This document shows, piece after piece, positions 17,308 through 21,935 of a stretch of 21,935 bases of DNA. The translations under genes were made by a program, and so were the position numbers. The notes under the pieces were generated by a model. It saw only the letters and a list, made by a program, of their open reading frames with translations, did no database searches and had not been told where the DNA came from. Position 1 is the stretch's first letter. Every line of letters starts with the position of its first letter. This DNA comes from Thainema sp. (GTDB lineage Bacteria; Cyanobacteriota; Cyanobacteriia; Phormidesmidales; Phormidesmidaceae): positions 1 through 21,935 of the forward strand of contig JBQLZK010000020.1 in NCBI GenBank assembly GCA_052168235.1. The letters run 5' to 3'.

Positions 17308-18282
17308 ATGAGCATTCTGCTAACGCTAATTGGGATTCCGCTGCTGTATTTCGGTGGGGAGATTTTGGTCAAATATTCATCTCGGCTAGCGCTAGCGCTG
17401 GGGCTGAGTCCGCTGGTCATTGGATTGACCATTGTTGCCTTTGGAACCTCCAGCCCGGAACTATTGGCTACGCTGATTTCGGCGTTTAAGGATGCTCCCG
17501 ATGTGGCAATGGGCAATATTGTCGGGTCAAATATCACGAATATTGGGCTGATTTTAGGCATTTCGGCCATGATTCAGCCGTTTCGGGCTCGCTCAAAGGT
17601 GATTCGGCGCGAAATCCCAGTAATGATTTTCGCTGGGGTGATTTTGATTCCCTTTAGCTGGGATTTAACCATTAGTCGGCTGGAGGGCGCATTTCTATTT
17701 GCCAGTTTGGTCGCTTATCTATTCTATTTGCTCAAAAGCGATGGCGATGCGATCGCAGATGAGGTGCTGGATGAGATTACGGATGGCGATGTCGCCAATG
17801 AAGATGAATTCATGCGGGAATATGGCCACGATCGCGCATCGGGCTGGAAGCCTGTCTTCGGCGTCGTGGTTGGCATTGCCCTGTTGGTGCTGGGTGCTCA
17901 AAGCCTGGTCACCGGAGCGATTGATTTGGCGCGCGAGTTTGGCTTAACCGAACGAGTGATCGGCGTTACCCTGGTGGCCTTCAGCACCAGTCTGCCGGAA
18001 CTGGCCAGCAGCCTCGTTGCCTCATTCAAAAAAGAAGCGGATATTTTGCTCGGCAACATCGTCGGCTCCAATATTTTCAACGCCTTGGGTATTTTGGGCA
18101 TCACCTCAATGGTCAACCCGGTGAATATGTCAGCCGATGTACAGTTTGATTTGTATATTGCGATCGCATTTAGTGTGCTAGTGCTGCCGTTTTTGCTCAG
18201 CAGCCTGACGATGGAACGCTGGGAAGGTGGCATCTTAGTGGTTCTCTACGTTGTCTATGTCGGGTCGTTATTTGTTTTTTAA
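17308..18282 (+). CDS. Calcium/sodium antiporter (CaCA superfamily, YrbG-like)
   Basis: Two alpha repeats (AFGTSSPE...GNIVGSNITN; AFSTSLPE...GNIVGSNIFN), about 10 TM helices, acidic central loop, GAGGAG Shine-Dalgarno. Confidence 0.95.
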   Translation: MSILLTLIGIPLLYFGGEILVKYSSRLALALGLSPLVIGLTIVAFGTSSPELLATLISAFKDAPDVAMGNIVGSNITNIGLILGISAMIQPFRARSKVIRREIPVMIFAGVILIPFSWDLTISRLEGAFLFASLVAYLFYLLKSDGDAIADEVLDEITDGDVANEDEFMREYGHDRASGWKPVFGVVVGIALLVLGAQSLVTGAIDLAREFGLTERVIGVTLVAFSTSLPELASSLVASFKKEADILLGNIVGSNIFNALGILGITSMVNPVNMSADVQFDLYIAIAFSVLVLPFLLSSLTMERWEGGILVVLYVVYVGSLFVF

Positions 18283-18330
18283 TCCGGTGCATTGTGGTCG
18301 AAATCCAGCCCTTTTGCAGACATTACAGCG

Positions 18331-19191
18331 ATGAATATTTGGCGTGAGGAACTGAAAGATATTCTGCGGGCATCGGCAGGTGCGTTTCTCTTTGGTATTC
18401 CTCTGCTCTACACCGTGGAAGTCTGGTCAATCGGTTCGGCCACCCAAGCCCCACGCCTGCTGGCGATTTTGCTGATCACGTTCGTCGTTGTGTCACTGCT
18501 GACGCAAACCGAAGGCTTCCGTCGCACCATGAGCCTCAATCCAGTAGCCGCTCTGATGGAAAGTATCGAGGCAATGGCAATCGGTACGGTCTGCGCTGCG
18601 ATCGCACTGATCCTGCTGCGACGTATCACCCTAGAAACTCCGCTCTCGGAAATGCTGGGCAAGCTGGTGTTTGAAGGCGTGCCGTTTTCTCTCGGTGTCG
18701 CTCTGGCTCGTTCAACATTAAATCGCGATCGGATTCGCGATCGCACTCGCCGTACCCCTTCCCTAACCCGATTTTCAACTCCCAATGCCCTAAACTTACG
18801 CGATACCCTGGTTGATATTGATGCCACACTGATTGGGGCAATCATCATTGCCTTCAGCATTGCCCCCACCGAAGAAATTCCTCTGGTCGCGTCAGCAATT
18901 CCACCCCTTTGGCTACTGCTGATTATGGCTGCTTCGCTAATCTTGTCTTATATCATTGTGTTTGCCTCAGGCTTTACCAACCGCTGGGAACGCCAGCAGC
19001 GGGGTCTATTTCTCAGTCCCATCACGGAAACACTGGTGGCCTATCTCGTCGCTCTAGCAGCCTCGGTCGTCATGCTGATCTTTTTCCAGCAGTTGAATGT
19101 CCAAGACCCGTGGCAAGAATGGTTAGGCGATACCATTGTGCTGGGCTTACCGGCCTCTGTCGGAGGAGCGGCTGGCCGAATTCTAATTTGA
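18331..19191 (+). CDS. TIGR02587-family (DUF2391) membrane protein
   Basis: GAFLFGIPLLYTVEVW.IG, PFSLGVALA, IGA...AFSIAPTEEI, VLGLPASVGGAAGRIL. ATG at 18331. Confidence 0.88.
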   Translation: MNIWREELKDILRASAGAFLFGIPLLYTVEVWSIGSATQAPRLLAILLITFVVVSLLTQTEGFRRTMSLNPVAALMESIEAMAIGTVCAAIALILLRRITLETPLSEMLGKLVFEGVPFSLGVALARSTLNRDRIRDRTRRTPSLTRFSTPNALNLRDTLVDIDATLIGAIIIAFSIAPTEEIPLVASAIPPLWLLLIMAASLILSYIIVFASGFTNRWERQQRGLFLSPITETLVAYLVALAASVVMLIFFQQLNVQDPWQEWLGDTIVLGLPASVGGAAGRILI

Positions 19192-19315
19192 GCAAAACCC
19201 ATCTGTAAACGAAGTAAAGCTGAGCCTCCAGTACGAAATTGATTGTGACTCATACGAATCAGGATTAAGCTTTGCACCTCAGCGTGGACGCAAGCATCAA
19301 GGCACATATAGGTTT

Positions 19316-19855
19316 ATGGCAGAACAACGTGATCCAACAGAACAGCCGATAAGAACTCAACAATCCCGATCCGAATCACCTGAAGATGCAGCTTCTAACA
19401 GCACGACTGACAGCACTGCGGATTCTGCTACACGCGACGCTGCGGAAGCACCAACTAGCCCACCCGTTCTTCGGCTTGGCCAGCGCTCTAAAGCGGAATG
19501 GGTCACATTTATTGTGTCTATCCTGATCTTGTTATCCCTTGTAGGACTTGTCATCTTTGACTGGGTTGTCAACCAAGATCGACCACCCGCGTTTCAAATC
19601 GAAGTCACTCAAACCGCTCGCATCACTGACGAACGGTACTACGTGCCGTTTGTCATTACTAATACCGGAGGACGCATCGCTCGCACTGTCCAGGTTACGG
19701 CGGAACTACATGTCGAGGGTGAGCCTGACGAAACAGGCGAACAGCAAATTGACTTCCTCTCGGGGCAAGAACGCAAACGCGGCAGCTTTATCTTCACCCA
19801 CAATCCCCAATCGGGAGAATTAGTGCTGCGAGTCGCTAGCTACCGCTTGCCGTAA
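19316..19855 (+). CDS. TIGR02588-family protein
   Basis: Disordered N-terminus, AEWVTF plus one TM helix, then YYVPF.I.N.GG..A..VQV.AEL...GEQQIDFLSG.E...G.FIF...P..GEL..RVASY..P. Usual partner of TIGR02587. Confidence 0.88.
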   Translation: MAEQRDPTEQPIRTQQSRSESPEDAASNSTTDSTADSATRDAAEAPTSPPVLRLGQRSKAEWVTFIVSILILLSLVGLVIFDWVVNQDRPPAFQIEVTQTARITDERYYVPFVITNTGGRIARTVQVTAELHVEGEPDETGEQQIDFLSGQERKRGSFIFTHNPQSGELVLRVASYRLP

Positions 19856-19907
19856 TCGGTCTATTTCATCAAATTGGTCTATCCCATCAAATCGGTCATT
19901 CCACATC
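19854..19907. repeat. Imperfect 18-bp tandem repeat x3
   Basis: AATCGGTCTATTTCATCA / AATTGGTCTATCCCATCA / AATCGGTCATTCCACATC. Confidence 0.75.
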
Positions 19908-19916
19908 TGCTCATTA

Positions 19917-20001
19917 GACTTTATCGGAAATTGTTTTGTAGCGCGGCGGCATCGCGCTACAAAACAATTTCCAACCCCAAAAACTTTTTTCCAATAAAGT
20001 C
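19917..20001. mobile_element. MITE-like element (14-bp TIRs, 5-bp flanking direct repeat, internal 20-bp perfect palindrome)
   Basis: GACTTTATCGGAAA (19917-19930) and TTTCCAATAAAGTC (19988-20001), one mismatch; CATTA at 19912-19916 and 20002-20006; internal arms at 19926-19945 and 19953-19972. Confidence 0.6.
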
Positions 20002-20497
20002 CATTAAGGACAGTTGAGGTGCAATGAATGCGTCGCATGCGCTTCATGAGTCATTGGGGCATTGTCACATCGGCTTCCTTTCACCTCAATCCACACCGGA
20101 AATTTACTGATCTTATCCTGTTTTCTGGGCGCATAAAGTTTGCGCTAATTTGCTGATTTGAAACAAAAAAATACTTGAATAGTTAGCAAATTAACCTGAA
20201 TTTGCGCAGAATTACTGAAAACCAGTTTTCTGCTATTTGAGACAAAAAAATCCTCGGTATTCATACGGGTTTATGTCACTAATTTCGTCGTAAAAGTTTA
20301 TGCGAAATCAACGATAGCTTCAGAGATCCTTCATTTAGGCACGGGAACTATAGCAATAGCATTGTGTTGTACAAGATTGTGTCATTTGTAACTGACATGT
20401 TGTCCTGGACAGGCTGGCGAGAATTACCTCGCCACGAAATATACACGATGCGACTACTTGTCCAATCACCATTTCTTTTTTAAGGAAAAGATCCACC

Positions 20498-21935
20498 ATG
20501 CCGAAGATGTTTGGTTTCTCTAGCCAGCTCACCATGACCCGTCAGATTGTAGTTATTGATTCCCAGGTTGATGACTATCAGCAGCTCGTTGCAGGCGTTT
20601 GCCCTGGATTTGAAGTATTTGTTCTCGATGCTCACCAGGACGGCATTGAGCAAATCACTGAAATTCTGAATGCTTCACGCCTCTCTCCTCACGCCTCTCT
20701 CTCCCTCCACATCGTTTCCCACGGCTCTCCTGGCTGCATCTACCTCGGCAACAGCCAGCTCAGCCTCGACACATTAGAGAGCTATACCGCACAGATTCAA
20801 TCTTGGTTCCCGTCTCAAGCCTCAGAACTACTCATCTACGGCTGTAACGTTGCAGCAGGTGATGCAGGTGAAGAGTTTCTTACAAAGCTTCATTCCTTAA
20901 CCCGAGCTAACATTGCAGCTTCAACCCATAAAGTCGGTAATAGTACCCTTGGTGGAAAGTGGATTCTTGATGTTGAGCTTGGCAGCATTGAGAGCAATCT
21001 AGCTTTTCAGTCAGATAAATTGGAAAGTTATGCGTCAGTCTTGGCAATCAGCGTAACCCAGACTAATGATGTCAATACTCTGCTGAGTACCTTGCTCGGC
21101 AACACCAGCGGGCTGAGTAATATTCAGGCTACTACTACTGGTGGTGCAGAAGCCTTTGGCACATTTACAAATGATCCTTTTGGATTCAATTCTGGAATAG
21201 TCTTAAGTACAGGAAATGTAAATAATCTACTTGGCCCAAATGATGCACCTGGCACTGGTTCTACTGTCACTGGAGATCAAAGTGGTATCCGTTTTGACAT
21301 AACTTTTGATGTTGATGCTGGATTAGAAAACACTGAGGTATTTTTTAACTTTGTCTTTGGCTCAGAAGAATTTCCCGAATATGGCGGTAGTAACTTCAAC
21401 GATAGTTTCCAGCTTTCGCTAAATGGCACTAATTTGGCTTTATTGAGTGATGGTCAGACGGTCACGATCAATAACTTGGCACCAAATGGTGAGACTGGTC
21501 CCTTCCATCCTGATTATGTTGATAATACCGGTGGTACAGAAACTGAACTGGATGCTTATACAAAGGCTCTTACCTTTACAGGTTCACTTAATGCTGGACA
21601 AAGTAATACTCTCAGCATTGTAATTGCTGATGTTGGTGATTCTGCTTATGACTCAGCCGTCTTTCTGCAAGGAGGGTCATTTGGCACCACACCCACACCG
21701 CCTCCCAATGGTGACGTGACATCTCCTGTCTTGGTCAATGCAGAAATAGATGGTACGACTCTGGTCTTAACCTACGACGAAGCTCTAGACGGAATCTCTG
21801 ATCCTGATGGAACAGCCTTCATCGTCAATGTCAACGGTTCTCCTGTAACGGTGAGTTCTGCTGATGCCAATGGCTCAACGGTTACTCTGACCCTATCGTC
21901 TGCTGTACAGCCGTCAGATACCGTCACGGTTAACT
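20498..21935 (+). CDS. Large secreted/surface protein, 3'-truncated: DUF4347 + choice-of-anchor L-like + SwmB-like repeat
   Basis: Open frame from ATG 20498 (AAGGA upstream) to the window end, translated by hand. IVVIDSQVDDYQQL...LHIVSHGSPG...IYGCNVAAG...LGGKW (DUF4347); SGIVLSTG...FVFGSEEFPEY...FNDSF...IADVGDSAYDSAVFL (choice-of-anchor L-like); PVLV.A.IDG.TLVLTYDE.LD...VTLTL...DTVTV (SwmB-like). Confidence 0.9.
   Translation, partial: MPKMFGFSSQLTMTRQIVVIDSQVDDYQQLVAGVCPGFEVFVLDAHQDGIEQITEILNASRLSPHASLSLHIVSHGSPGCIYLGNSQLSLDTLESYTAQIQSWFPSQASELLIYGCNVAAGDAGEEFLTKLHSLTRANIAASTHKVGNSTLGGKWILDVELGSIESNLAFQSDKLESYASVLAISVTQTNDVNTLLSTLLGNTSGLSNIQATTTGGAEAFGTFTNDPFGFNSGIVLSTGNVNNLLGPNDAPGTGSTVTGDQSGIRFDITFDVDAGLENTEVFFNFVFGSEEFPEYGGSNFNDSFQLSLNGTNLALLSDGQTVTINNLAPNGETGPFHPDYVDNTGGTETELDAYTKALTFTGSLNAGQSNTLSIVIADVGDSAYDSAVFLQGGSFGTTPTPPPNGDVTSPVLVNAEIDGTTLVLTYDEALDGISDPDGTAFIVNVNGSPVTVSSADANGSTVTLTLSSAVQPSDTVTVN

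Larger units (their letters stand above)
728..18745. repeat. Dispersed HIP1 palindromes (GCGATCGC), about 34 copies
   Basis: Examples at 728, 2165, 2229, 2765, 3736, 5685, 6953, 7853, 10423, 11633, 13552, 14947, 16058, 17749, 18598, 18738. Counted by eye. Confidence 0.95.

Noticed and set aside
19854..20001. Possible CRISPR array
   Set aside because: Repeats are adjacent with no unique spacers, and no cas genes are present.
626..20535. The many short or antisense ORFs in the track (e.g. 1422-1727, 3859-4179, 14397-15002, 16579-16968, 18408-18869, 19820-20047, 20335-20535)
   Set aside because: They overlap well-supported genes on the opposite strand or another frame, or run through repeats, and show no recognisable motifs.

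Overview
Cyanobacterial chromosomal DNA, identified by about 34 HIP1 sites (GCGATCGC, counted by eye), heptamer tandem repeats and typical cyanobacterial gene families. The left end is an AT-rich cell-surface locus: a divergent multi-pass membrane protein, then a self-contained protein-sorting cassette (PTPA-CTERM substrate, HpsJ-like membrane protein, cyanoexosortase). The middle holds a hypothetical protein, glyoxalase I (gloA), a zinc-ribbon/Ser-Thr-kinase/WD40 protein with several degenerate kinase motifs, a TrkH plus stand-alone RCK-N (short TrkA) K+ uptake pair, a pentapeptide-repeat protein, a GAF-GAF histidine kinase divergent from a CheY-like regulator, a YyaL/SSP411 thioredoxin-domain protein, a Trm1-like tRNA methyltransferase, a Ca2+/Na+ antiporter and the TIGR02587/TIGR02588 pair. 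The right end is the 5' part of a large secreted protein that the ORF track misses because it has no stop in the window (DUF4347, choice-of-anchor L-like and SwmB-like domains). Intergenic DNA carries three long GC-core palindromes; one lies inside an 85-bp MITE-like element with 14-bp TIRs and a 5-bp direct repeat. No rRNA, tRNA, CRISPR array or transposase was seen. All family assignments are by motif recognition, with no database search.
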